A stretch of DNA of 61,352 bases, counting the filler, from Basidiobolus ranarum (lineage: Eukaryota), in the NCBI GenBank assembly GCA_040143965.1. It is 18 parts of 18 records of this genome, joined end to end, with 100 filler letters (N's around TTAATTAATTAA, not from the genome) between each part and the next. Parts side by side here need not be neighbours in the genome. Positions count along the whole stretch, not along the records: positions 1 to 3,326 come from JASJQH010002564.1; positions 3,427 to 6,751 come from JASJQH010002565.1; positions 6,852 to 10,175 come from JASJQH010002566.1; positions 10,276 to 13,597 come from JASJQH010002567.1; 14 more parts are not named here. One strand, given 5' to 3'. This document shows, piece after piece, positions 1 through 11,470 of the stretch. A program made the position numbers and the translations under genes. Under the pieces are notes generated by a model. It saw only the letters and a list, made by a program, of their open reading frames with translations. It searched no databases and was not told the origin of the DNA. Each line of letters begins with the position of its first letter. The first letter of the stretch is position 1.

Positions 1-2
1 TG

Positions 3-344
3 AAAGGAATCTTTTTACCCGGGGGGACTGTTGTATCAGTTCCTATTAACTGCTTGCATCTGGAACCGAGTGTATTCCCTAATCCGGACAAGTTCCAACC
101 AGACAGGTGGTTGGTAGAAGATACAAAATTGATGAAGAGACATCTTACACCATTTTCCTACGGAAGTAGGGTTTGCATTGGTAGAAATATCGCGTTGATG
201 GAGTTAAGGCTTACTTTGGCTTCGTTGTACAGAAGATTTGATGTCGAAGCAGTGCCAAATCAACTCATAAAGCCTCTAGTTCAACTTTTAGTATTGAAGC
301 CTAGTGGAAATGCCTTCCATGTTCATTTGAAACCTCGTAAATAG
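3..344 (+). CDS. Cytochrome P450, 3' end (5' truncated by contig start)
   Basis: Heme-binding motif FSYGSRVCIG (FxxGxRxCxG) and PERF-like FQPDRW; frame open from position 3 (KGIFLPGGTVVSV...). Confidence 0.95.
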   Translation, partial: KGIFLPGGTVVSVPINCLHLEPSVFPNPDKFQPDRWLVEDTKLMKRHLTPFSYGSRVCIGRNIALMELRLTLASLYRRFDVEAVPNQLIKPLVQLLVLKPSGNAFHVHLKPRK

Positions 345-820
345 CCACCACCAAAGCGAGGAAGATTCATTGCTATGAAGAAGGAATTAGTAAATATGCG
401 TATTGTATTACAGTCCGTGTATCTAAAATAAAAATTGATTACCTATGCTCAAGTCAGAGAAAGTAGCTGTCATTCGTTACAGCATCATGATAAGCGCAAT
501 GCTCAATCAACGAGGGAAACATCCCCACGAAACCACCCATAGGTGCGTGTAAAATGGACAGAAAAACGATCACTCGTCGTTTGTATTTTCTTTCCAACTC
601 TAATTTATTTATTTCATTGTTGAAAAGTAATAATGGTTAAAGATTTGTAAAGTATACCGAATTTACTATTATAGTTCTAATCCATGCATGTATGCAGAAA
701 TTTGCCTTGGAAAATGTAACGTAGAATTGAAGAAAAATGCCATCGGGTATTAGGGCACCAATTCATATCAATTTCACGATTTCGTTCAATTTAGGGAACG
801 GGTGTAAAGCTAATGCAGCC

Positions 821-2052
821 TTAAACCAGACCACAGATGGTCAAGCCTCTCATCTGTCCCAGTAGATCATCAATCCTACCGTCAATATGAACTTGGGCCT
901 CCATTGGAGGGAAATCCCCACTGATTGCTGCCAAGCGCCCATAAGCATCTTTGACAAACTGATATTGTGCCTTGATCATGGCTTCAAAAGATGGGTCAAT
1001 AACGTCCACTCTACTATCTACAAGAGTAGGTATGATCTCAAGCAGCTGTTGATTGTGCATTTCATAGATCTCCCGAGCTTGGTTAGCAATGGCTTCGGTC
1101 TAAACATGACCATAGAATGTGGTTAACTTAGAAAACAATGGCAAAGGATGGAATAGAAACTGAGTTACCTGAGGAAGACGATCGCCAACTGATTTGTCAA
1201 CCATCTTGCGAACTTTGGCTCGTTGAGAATCATAGTCAAGTAACTTACGACTACGTTTTTTAATGGTCTTGTCTACTTCAGTGAAATAACTACAGAAACG
1301 TCCAATGGGTTCAAGTACAGCTTTATCAAAATCTTCACTCTATGAAAGGAATTAGTAAGCCTAGAAACGTATCAACCAAACCTTCAACTCTCTTACCAAT
1401 TTCTCCCTCGAGTCTGCTTCGAGTCCTTCCATTGCTTGTAAGTACCGACGGATACTCGCAGACGAGTCTCCACCACCATCGGAGAATTCCGAAATTGACT
1501 TGGCAATGTCAATTTGAGCAAGTGTCATAACTAGAGTAGCAATTCAGGCTAAGTATCGGGGAAACCTAACTCAAAAAATCTTTGTAATAGAACTAACCTT
1601 TGGCGGCCTCCGCATATCCTCTGGCTTGTCGGTGAAGATCTTCAGATTTGGTCTCGAGGCTAAGATTAACAGGGGAAAATAGTTAGTCTCGCCCGTAGCA
1701 ATGAACAGATAACCACTTAAAACGGTATACTTTCGGAAACGGGCTTCCTCTTCGTTATATTTATTATCAACCTAGGAGGCATGCTAAGTTCGAAAAGTTG
1801 ATACTAACAGACAGGTACTTAGAAGTAAAAATATATACCGTTCTTTCAACGGAACCGGTTTTTTGACGGATCTTTTTTAAAGGATGAATTAGCAGTGAAA
1901 AGGTAAAGTAAAATAAAGTAAACACAAACGTACAGTTGTTCCAGCACGATCAACTGCCCTTTTGAAACCAACCCTATGAAAACGACGAGGCGGAATTAAA
2001 AGCCATCCTCAAGAAGTATAGAAAAAATACTGTAAGGCCCGTACCAACTCAT
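821..2052 (-). CDS. RVS161: BAR-domain amphiphysin Rvs161/Hob3 orthologue, about 8 exons
   Basis: Spliced by eye across GT-AG introns: MSWVGFKRAVDRAGTT-IRQKTGSVERT-VDNKYNEEEARFRK...VLEPIGRFCSYF...LLDYD...RVDVIDPSFEAMIKAQ...LGQMRGLTICGLV*. Colinear with Rvs161/Hob3 and has no SH3 domain. Confidence 0.9.
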
Positions 2053-3426
2053 GCTTACTTTAAAGACTTGGAAAGAAGTTCGTGGAGTTTATCGAGAAAT
2101 ATGAATTAAAAACAACGATTGCCATGTTGGGTTTATTTATAAATAATTTCTTAATGATGTAATTCATATTACTAACACATTTCCCATGTATTACAATTTC
2201 AGATGAAGAAATTCTACGGGCCATATCTCTATCCTTCTTTAGTCGTAGGTGAACTTCGTAACTGATAACCATGTGAACAATACACTTGTACGATAGGAGC
2301 ATGTCCGTTTGAATTGATTTTTATTGTTTTGATGTTATGTGGTGGTGAAATGTATCATGTCTTAATTCTGATTGTCCAACAGGGAAAAATGGACAAACAG
2401 ACTCAAAGACCGATTTAATTTAGAAAGGTTTTCCTCAGCTCCTCTTTCGAGAAGGGTAGGCGAGCGACTGCGGATCATGACAAAAGATGTTTTCCACTAT
2501 ACAGCATCAGCCTTTCTTGCATATTGAAGTTTCTTACTGTAGGATATGATCAAACTTGACGAGTTAACAAACTTATGGGATGCGATGTATTTGCCAAATC
2601 ACACTTCGGATTCTCCCTAAAATTCAATCCCATTTACTCGATAATAATGGAATACGTTGGAGTGAAATACAGTCATGGGAAATCAGATCCACTCCAATCA
2701 ATATATGGCAATATACCGCGCCCGATTCCCAAAGGAGTTGCTTTCCTAGCCAATGCTCTTTTTGCAAATAACATGTACTCATCCTATTCCCAAGAAGCCA
2801 ATCAAAAGGCGCAGAGGGGCAACGAATCACAATGGATTGGACAAATCGTATTAGCAACTGGGTGAAAATACCAAACAATCACCACAGTAAATGAAGTGCG
2901 AAGTGAACCATGCCGATTGGATCCGGGGATGAGATTCAGACAACTTCCCAAGGTGTCTGTCAAAATACATCGCCATGTAGCCGTGGAAGGGAGAGATTCA
3001 AATACAAAGAGAATTAACGCTTGCTAACCCTGTAAACTGGTGAGACAGGATGCCCATCAAATCCCTCAACCAATTCTTTAAAATCATGCAGCTGTCTTTT
3101 ATAGGTTCAGCATCAATATCGTGGACGTCTCGGTTGAAACACACAGCCAACTACTCAACTATGCTGTATCTGATTGAGCCGTTAGGTGAGTTAGTGTACT
3201 CCTAGCTTCCTTCTTATGGTTTACACATCATTCCTGGTTTCGTTCACTCTCCAACACCGAGATACCTAAATGCGAATAGAAATGGAAGTGAGATGTATGA
3301 CTTCTCACATGGTAGATCTACTCGATNNNNNNNNNNNNNNNNNNNNNNNNNNNNNNNNNNNNNNNNNNNNTTAATTAATTAANNNNNNNNNNNNNNNNNN
3401 NNNNNNNNNNNNNNNNNNNNNNNNNN

Positions 3427-5535
3427 AGGCGCCAAAGTAGTCTCATGACTAAGTCATTTTCATTTTGAGGTGCCACAAACAAATGAACGCTAATATGGAA
3501 TTTTGTCAGACACGTGCGGAAGAGTGCTGATTGTGTTTTTTGGAACAAGAACTGTGAGTCAAGGTGAAAATTTGCTTCTTCATCAAAAATTACATCTCTG
3601 CACTTAATAAGCTTCTGATTTTTGGTATCAGAGAGTCTGTAGGCCTTGGATCAATCACAGTAACCAAGAAATGTACATTTTGTGCTTTTGGGTTCTAATT
3701 TAGAGTGTTGGAAAACTCTGCTTCTTAATCATAAATCAGTTCTTTGTGCTTAATTAGTTTCTGATTTTTGGCATCAAACAGTCTGTAGGCCTTAGTTCCT
3801 TCACAGCAACCAAGAAATATGCATTTTCTGCTTTTGGGATCCATTTCGGAGTGGTTTTTAATGGAAATAGGCATTATGCTGCTCAAGCAAAGATTCTGAG
3901 ATGATCCACACTTGGTTTTGATCCATATAGGGCTTCATATGGAGTAGAATTTTGTAGCAATCCTGTTGGCATCTGTTTTTGATGTAGACTGCAGTGGAGA
4001 TTGATTTAGCACATTATTGGTAATATAACTATCAATTATGTAACATTGATATTGTCATCTCCACTATGGGCCTATTAGCTTGTTCAGCAACTCCATTTTG
4101 CTGTGGAGTATAAGGTACAGTAGTTTGTTGCTGAATTCCATGTTTAGAACAAAAACTGCTCAAGTCTTTAGTGCAGTATTCTCCACCATCATCACCCCTT
4201 TATACCTGTATTTTTCATACTAATTCTTTCTCTACCATTACTTTTTAGTGCTTATATGTAGCTAAGGCTTCAAATTTTGATTTGAGAAGGAATACCCAAG
4301 TATATCTTGCTTTCGCATCAATAATGGTCAAAAAGTATCTTTTTCCCCTAAGTGAGATAATTTCCATGGGCTCACATGGGTCAGAATGAAACAGAGCAAA
4401 ATTCTAAGTGGATTTGATCTCTCCAGAGCCTGAAAACAGCTATTTGTGATGTTGTCCATATATGCAACCATCAAACTGATCTAACTTAGTGATATTTTCA
4501 ATTTCTAAGCCTGAAACATGCTCATTCTGGATCATTTGGGTCAGTTTTTGTTACCCATTGTGTCCTAATCTACTATGCCATGTTTAAAAGCTTAATTCAC
4601 TGGTTTGGGTTAAGTTGCATTCTCAGAATGCAATTTGATGATTTCTAGCCTGTATAAGCTTTGAGTTTTGATCCCAGTGGCTAACTTGGCATAATTCTGA
4701 TCTGTGATGGTGCATCCAGCCTAACTGAACATGAAATTTAGTCCTTGAGCTGTTGCTTGGCTTACTGAGAGTAGATTCTTGGTTATATGTGGTACACAGA
4801 GTACATAATCCAATTTTGTAGATGGTGTAGCTGCAGATTGGTCTAAATTGGGTGCAACTGAGCCATTACTAACTGCATCTAGTGCATAGGCATCCACCAA
4901 GTAGACCTTTTTGTTTGGATTGGTTTTAAGCTGGAAAACCAATCTTTCCTGTATGACATAAGCCAGGAAGCTCTTGAATTAATATACTACATTTCTGAGT
5001 CTTCTTTAATGGTCACTGATAGGGCAGACACAAATACATGATCCCTATCAGTGCTTACTTGACTTGCTTGTTCCTATGTTAGCTACGTGGCAAAAATCCT
5101 TTTTTGCAATCTTTGATTAAATGGCCTTTTTTCTTGCAATACTTGTAGATGATTGATTTCCTTATAGGGGCACCATTATTGAAGCCTGTTAGATGTTTTA
5201 CAGCTCCAAAAAATGCCTGTTTTGCATTATTTTGCTGAGAACTGCATCTCCTTGGCTCCTCATTCAAATGCCTAGCACCAGCATATTCTATTGTCAATGG
5301 CTCGGATCTTGATTCTAGGGCAATTAGGAGGTTCCAAAATCTATCTGACAGGCTCCCAAGTAGTGTATATGACTAAGTCTCCTTCATTTTGAGGTGCTCC
5401 AATGGATGAGAGATGATCTGCCATAGTTTTTTATCCAATTTACATGCTTAAGCATAGAATCATCAAAATTCATCTGAGTTGAAAATAAATATTGCCTCAG
5501 ATATAACCTATGAGCCAGACATTTAGTCAAGCTTC
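3427..5535 (-). mobile_element. Ty1/copia family B remnant: gag, zinc knuckle, protease, GAG-pre-integrase, integrase
   Basis: Remnants YCKKKGHLIKDC, VLCVPHITKNLLSVSQ and the integrase PYTPQQNGVAE motif; many stops and frameshifts. Confidence 0.9.
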
Positions 5536-5554
5536 TTACTGACAGACAGTTTTA

Positions 5555-6220
5555 ATTTAATTGTAGTGAAATTGCTTGTTTTAATAGGCTATCATTGAGT
5601 TTATTGATACATGACAATTTTGTGCTATCAGTGTTTCATAAATACATAAGTGATTGTGATCCAACTAAGCAATTTAAACTATATTTAGATTTGATCTCTA
5701 TCAATTATGCATGATGCATAAATTAGTAATGATAGAATAATGAAAGTATTAAAAAGAGCATTAAGCAGTTGCCAAGGTTTGAAGTGGTACATCTGGATTT
5801 GCTACTGTTATTTTTATTGTCTTTCTGATATTTCCATGGAAGGAACTTTGCTTGAACCACTGTGTTGGTTTGGTCAATTTGATCCTACTGAAGTTCCTCT
5901 ACCTGAGCCAGCATAAGTTGTGGCTTGGGTTTATATGCTGTGGTATGTGTTGGCTCATCTGGCCTAGTTTGCAGATCATTTCTAACTACAGTCTCTTGTT
6001 CATATGTGGAGCCTTCACTTAATGGGTCAACCAGCCATTGCTACTGGTATGCAGTTTTATGTGTTGCACTGGAATGTCTCACTTGAGGTTTGTGCACCAA
6101 ACTTATTGATTATTCAACCGCAGTAGAATCTTCATCTCTTTCATCTTGCCATTGCCATGGTTGCATGGCTGTAGGTGATATAGTGTGTTGTCTACCTTGA
6201 AGTTTGTGTTTAGCAGCTCT
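5555..6220. mobile_element. Internal segment of the AGACTTGTTCC-terminus DNA transposon family
   Basis: 5560-5860 aligns by eye to 54243-54546, which runs continuously from the terminus at 53998. Confidence 0.65.
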
Positions 6221-6751
6221 TCAAATTAATACATTTACTACTCAAACACTAATATGGCATCTTCAAAATCCATAGTTTCTTTTTAATATTCTCCTGAATA
6301 TATTACTGAGTTCTGCATACCTAAGGCTTAGCTCATATCCAACACAAGTGTGTATTAATAGCTCCTTCAAGGCCACCATTGTATTAATGTTTTTAAATCA
6401 ACATTCTTCCAGTTTTCTGGCAGATACCCTGCAATATTTTGCCACTCTGTATTACATTCTTCCCAGATATCTGCATGGTCAACACCATACTGAATATCAA
6501 GTGGAATATACTTCTTCTAAAGCCACTTTCTGCATGCTTGCACTGTGTTTTTCCCTTCTTACTTTTGAAAATAATCCACAAGCACTTTGACTATGTTTAT
6601 ACCTCCTTTTGGTGTGACACTACTGAGGGTTCTTTGCAGTGTTTGTGTGGACTTTTGCTTGCCTTGAAGTTTGGGGCTAATTTCAACACTTTGAAAAGTA
6701 CCACTTGAGGTTGCAGAGCCCTGAGTTTTAGTTGCTAGTGTTTTGGCATGT
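6221..6751 (-). mobile_element. Internal ORF segment of the CCCTAACA-terminus (putative CMC) family
   Basis: Reverse complement matches 51900-52430, 37610-37860 and 48350-48690. Confidence 0.8.
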
Positions 6752-8654
6752 NNNNNNNNNNNNNNNNNNNNNNNNNNNNNNNNNNNNNNNNNNNNTTAAT
6801 TAATTAANNNNNNNNNNNNNNNNNNNNNNNNNNNNNNNNNNNNNNNNNNNNTTGTCCATTTTGTAAACTTGATAAATGGCTGACAATTGTGGTAATCACG
6901 CTTGATTGGTCAACATGAAGGTTTTTCTTGTTTGGTTGAGATTGGATATTGTAACACGTATAAATAAATTTTGAGTCTTGTTCCGAGGCGGTTTCTGGAC
7001 AATTGTGGTGAGAAGAGCTTTATTTACAATCGGCATTTCAATTAGCGTTTATGTGTTTTGATTCCCTTGGCAATCAGGTTGAAATAGCTAGAACCATGAA
7101 ACTAGTTGATTCCTTCGGGTCTTAGTTGATCTTTGCTTATACATCATTTTTAATTGACCAATGACGTCTGATCAAGTCTCGAATGATCGTAAGCTTGATT
7201 GGTCTGTATTGCAGTGACACATGTGACTACCCATGGCAGTTTCTCTCGCTCAGGTATTTCCACCACCTTCGTTGTACATACATTTGGATCCAATAAGGCC
7301 AGTGGCAATGCTAGTGTAGGAAAGAAAGATCGTCTATACTTTGGGATCAGTGAAAGCGCACGCATCAGTGTTGACACACTGGGGAATGTGGCTGCATTCA
7401 AGTGTTATTGACGTTATATGTAATTACTGGCTCTTGTACGAGGATATTGATGGGCCACAATATGGTACGATGATCATGATTAGTCTTGTTGACTAAGATA
7501 CCAATTCTCACACTGTTCTCGAGTTGATGCAAAATGAACTGTGCCTATTCCACCTTTTCCCATTAAAAATCATTCGTTCGCAGCAAGAAATGGATTTAAT
7601 ATTTCCCACTTCTTTACCCTACTCAAGCTGCAACAGTATAATAATCTGGCGCCGGATACGATCAATGCGCTTTCTCGTCCTGCTCGGAGTACCGGTTCAA
7701 TATATGATCAATCGAACCGTTAACCAAACCACATCATTGATATGGCTAAATCCATAATGATCACAGCTCCGGAATCATCCAACGGTTCAATATTACTCCT
7801 TCAAAGTAGACATACAAAATTTAATATAGGAGGTTTCAAAAATCAACTGATGCTTCAGTATCCATTAGAGTTTGCCTGCATCCTCAACCAGTTTACTAAT
7901 TCCACGGAAACGGTCCAAGTTTCAGATAACTATAAAATTTATGCAATCGGTAGTACTCTCTGAGGTAGCAAATGGACCAGTACATAAAATATTTGTTCAA
8001 GATATTCCTTTCTAACTGATTGTGTGATATCCTTTACTTGATTAAGGGTCTCAATTGAGGATATCGCATCGGCAAGTACAATGAGTTCTCCTAAACACTC
8101 TATGTTTTGGAAATTGTACTGTTGTATATGATGCTAGTATCTGGTCACTTGTTGGATACTACTTTGCAAGCAGGCCTTAATGTACTATAGCCTTCCTTCA
8201 TGGATCACCTCTTCCTTCTAAGTAGCATCAAATTACTTTTAGTTGATCAGACACAGTTAGCAACGCCTGTTGCTACATAGGTTGCGAATCATATTTTATG
8301 TTAGATGTTGTCAATGTTGGTACAAAGTAATCGATGTTTCAGTTTCGTTGCCTTGCCAGCGCTGTATTGTGTATGAATTGATCGGAGGTCATGGCAACAT
8401 TCTAGGTGAGATAGGAATCTCTCCTTGCTTACAGCATTACTGACCAAATCGGCAAAGCGTTGAGGTAAGTATCTCCATGATGTTTACTATAACTATCTTT
8501 AAATATTCAAGTTGACTAAGAGTAGCAAGTCATTTGGTTCATAATCAGAACTAGATATTGGTGTGTAATTCAACAATTTGTAGAGTCGATCTCTGAGCTT
8601 CTGTATCATTCAGATCTATCTAGAGGTGACTAATTCTACTATCAGAGTTCTTTT

Positions 8655-8999
8655 TGTTGAAGTATTTTGGGAGCCTGTTTGAAGCGGTTAGGGGAACTGG
8701 AGAAATTGGTGGTCACTTATTGATTTATTAAGTAGAGAGTTGACATTTATAGTTTTATCAAGAGGTATGCAGATAAATTTGTACAATGCGTTAAGGAAGG
8801 TCCCAGAAGCATGTGTGCAAAGTTTGGGGCTACTGGCACAAGTTTGAAAAATTTATATATCTCAGAGCCTCTAAGTTGGTAAAACTATTCCAACTAAGTT
8901 CCAATTGCAAATAGTGAGTGCTATCTTAATGAATATGGAATAACCATATACTAAGCTATACATGACTATATAGATGCTTAGGCAATGCAAATTTCAACA
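8655..8999 (-). repeat. Copia family A 3' LTR (about 345 bp)
   Basis: TGTTGAA...TTCAACA inverted termini; polypurine tract (TGGAGAGAGTG on minus) immediately adjacent; homologous copies elsewhere in the window. Confidence 0.9.
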
Positions 9000-9788
9000 C
9001 ACTCTCTCCACTAAGCAGTCATCTAAACTAATCCCAAGGAAGGTCTAACATTCTTAAATATCTACCTAGCTGTTGGTTCGGTTAATATATCAAGAAAGAT
9101 ATTTTTGGTAAGACAATAAGTAAGTCAATAAAACAACTTTCCAGAGTATCTCTAATAAAATGATGTCTAATATGTATATATGTTTACTTCTAGTATGAGA
9201 TATGGGATTTCAAGCTAATACATAACCACTTCAATTATTGCTGAATTCTGAGAAGAGCCTAAATCTGTTAAAAGTTTTCTTAACCATATTGCTTCCTTCG
9301 TTACTTCCAAAGAAGCCATACATTCTGCTTTTATTGTTGAAAGTGGTATGGTATGTTTTTCTTTGAATTCCAAGAAATAGCTCCATCACATCATAGAGGC
9401 ATATGTCTTGTAGTATATCTCCTGTTTTCTACATCTCTTCCCAACATGTATCTGGGAACACCATCTGTTCAAACTTTGATCCAGAATACGTGTAAACTAT
9501 ACATAGATCCATAGTTCCTTTCAGATATCCAAAAATTCACTTAAATACTACAATTTGATCAGAACCATAATTTTGAAGATACTGGCACATTGTTCCCACA
9601 GAATATGCAATATCTGGCCATGTACCAGCCATGATACTCATCAAGCTGCCAACCTTAGATTGATAAGAAAACTTCTGGTGTTCATTTAAATCAAAGAATG
9701 TTACATTTGAGCCATTTTTAGTATGGCTAGGATTTGTCTACATTAGGGTAGAAACTGGATAACTTTCTTCCATTTTAAGCTTCTTTGA
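9000..9788 (-). mobile_element. Copia family A RT C-terminus and RNase H remnant
   Basis: Remnants of GTWPDIAYSVG and IRHHFIRD motifs; homologous to 45030-45800; interrupted at 9789 by a CCCTAACA terminus. Confidence 0.9.
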
Positions 9789-10175
9789 CCCTAACAAAAA
9801 AAAAATTGATTTGATTTGGATTGGATCCACCCTCCAAAAGAGCAAAATCATCAGAGAACTGTCACAATATTGGTGGCTTGGATTGTGCCAGGGATTTTGA
9901 TGGTATGAAGGTGGTTTCTTGACAGTATTTTGATGGTACTGATACATGTTAAAATATTGATCCTCAAATTTTGGCATGCTTTATTCAATATCTGGCAATT
10001 TTTGCAAAAATATAATTTTTGAATGGCAAACTTCTGAGTTTACTGCTGTAGGAACTTGAATTACTATGCATGCCTTTATTTAGATATTTTAGGCTTTGTA
10101 TTCCAGCCATAATGAGAATCAAAAAGTACAAGAATCTTGTTGTGTTTAGTCTCTACATATGCACATATTTGACTG
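9789..10175 (+). mobile_element. Putative CMC/CACTA element end, type L (CCCTAACAAAAA...)
   Basis: Closely similar to 47285-47670; homology starts exactly at CCCTAACA in both copies. Confidence 0.75.
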
Positions 10176-10275
10176 NNNNNNNNNNNNNNNNNNNNNNNNN
10201 NNNNNNNNNNNNNNNNNNNTTAATTAATTAANNNNNNNNNNNNNNNNNNNNNNNNNNNNNNNNNNNNNNNNNNNN

Positions 10276-10362
10276 GTAATACATCAAGGTTTCAGAGGAG
10301 CTCTCGGAGGTCCTCGACCAGCCACAGTCCAATGCACTTTAACCCCCGCTTTGGTTCGCTAA
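10276..10362 (+). CDS. 3' end of a small hypothetical protein, paralogue of 10946-11317
   Basis: VIHQGFRGALGGPRPATVQCTLTPALVR*; 84 of 87 nt identical to the reverse complement of 10946-11032. Confidence 0.75.
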   Translation, partial: VIHQGFRGALGGPRPATVQCTLTPALVR

Positions 10363-10945
10363 AATCAAGTTTCTCTACTTTACATATATCCTCTAAATAT
10401 CGACCTTAAAGATTTCCATATATTAACATATGTATATTTAAATTAACCTAAAAGAAGTGCTGCGCAATTCTAATTGTAACCTCACAAAATCAAATCATCA
10501 TGTACATCCAATAAAGTTGTGAAATTTTGAAGAATTTACGGTTTCATCAGTCAGGTTGGAATGAATATATCTATACTATCTTAACCAAGACGATGATGCT
10601 TAACAATTAAGTTAAACTACAAATGAATTGATGTAACGACATACATTCTTTATCAAGCTACTGATGTGAAGTCAAAGTATTTAAAATAGTTTCCTTCCAT
10701 TGTTTCGATTTCATTAAACTATACATCGATGTGATTAAGGTAGAGTTACTTATTACTTGATTATACTAAGGTGAATCAGTAGAGTAGGTAGCGTTAATGT
10801 AATGGTTTATGTAGATGGTATTTAATAGTTAAAGTACTGTATAGATGCCCAGCATTCAATATCATTAAAAATAAGAAGGGTAGACGTGAGGTTAAAATTA
10901 TCTACTACATATGTTATTAGATTTGTATAATTTTTGACGTCCACA

Positions 10946-11317
10946 TTAGCGAACCAAAGACGGGGTTAGAGTGCATTGGACTGTGGCTGGTCGAGGACCT
11001 CCGAGAGCTCCTCTGAAACCTTGATGTATTACCTCATCAAAGGTTACCTCTCTCATCTTCTCCCGAACTTCATCTAGGTTGTCTCCACAATCCAGTGTTG
11101 TTCCATATTCTGATCTGTTGGTGTTTATACTAAATCTGGATAAGTTGAGCATGGACAATTTGGATTTCCCTGGTTTAGGCCCGCTCTCTCTACGCATGTC
11201 TGGTAAACTGGATTTTGAGAGTAGTGGTGTGGCTGATGGTCTACGTGATTTGTTGTAGGATGAGGATGCTCCAGTGTTGCCTGAGTAGCACTCGGTGAAG
11301 ATAGATAGAAAGGTCAT
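10946..11317 (-). CDS. Small Ser-rich hypothetical protein, 123 aa (MTFLSIFTEC...TLTPSLVR)
   Basis: ATG at 11317; the upstream ORF extension runs through microsatellite; the C-terminus is conserved in the inverted paralogue. Confidence 0.7.
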   Translation of the reverse strand: MTFLSIFTECYSGNTGASSSYNKSRRPSATPLLSKSSLPDMRRESGPKPGKSKLSMLNLSRFSINTNRSEYGTTLDCGDNLDEVREKMREVTFDEVIHQGFRGALGGPRPATVQCTLTPSLVR

Positions 11318-11385
11318 GTCAAACTTGCTGTGTGTATTTGATTGTTGAGTACTGTTGAGCCTCGTTAGGTGATAAGAACCGATGT

Positions 11386-11470
11386 TTGAGTTGAATTGAA
11401 TTGTACTGAGCTGAGCTGTGCTGTGCTGTGCTGTGCTGAGATGAATTGAAATGGAATGGAATGGATGGAA
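11386..11470. repeat. Compound pentanucleotide microsatellite (TTGAA/CTGAG/CTGTG/ATGGA)
   Basis: Consecutive NTGNN pentamers visible directly. Confidence 0.9.

Noticed and set aside
2060..3326. Short ORFs upstream of RVS161
   Set aside because: No recognisable motif or consistent splice pattern; possibly decayed coding DNA
6852..8600. Coding-like composition with several 60-80 aa ORFs
   Set aside because: Stops in all frames and no family recognised; cannot support a call
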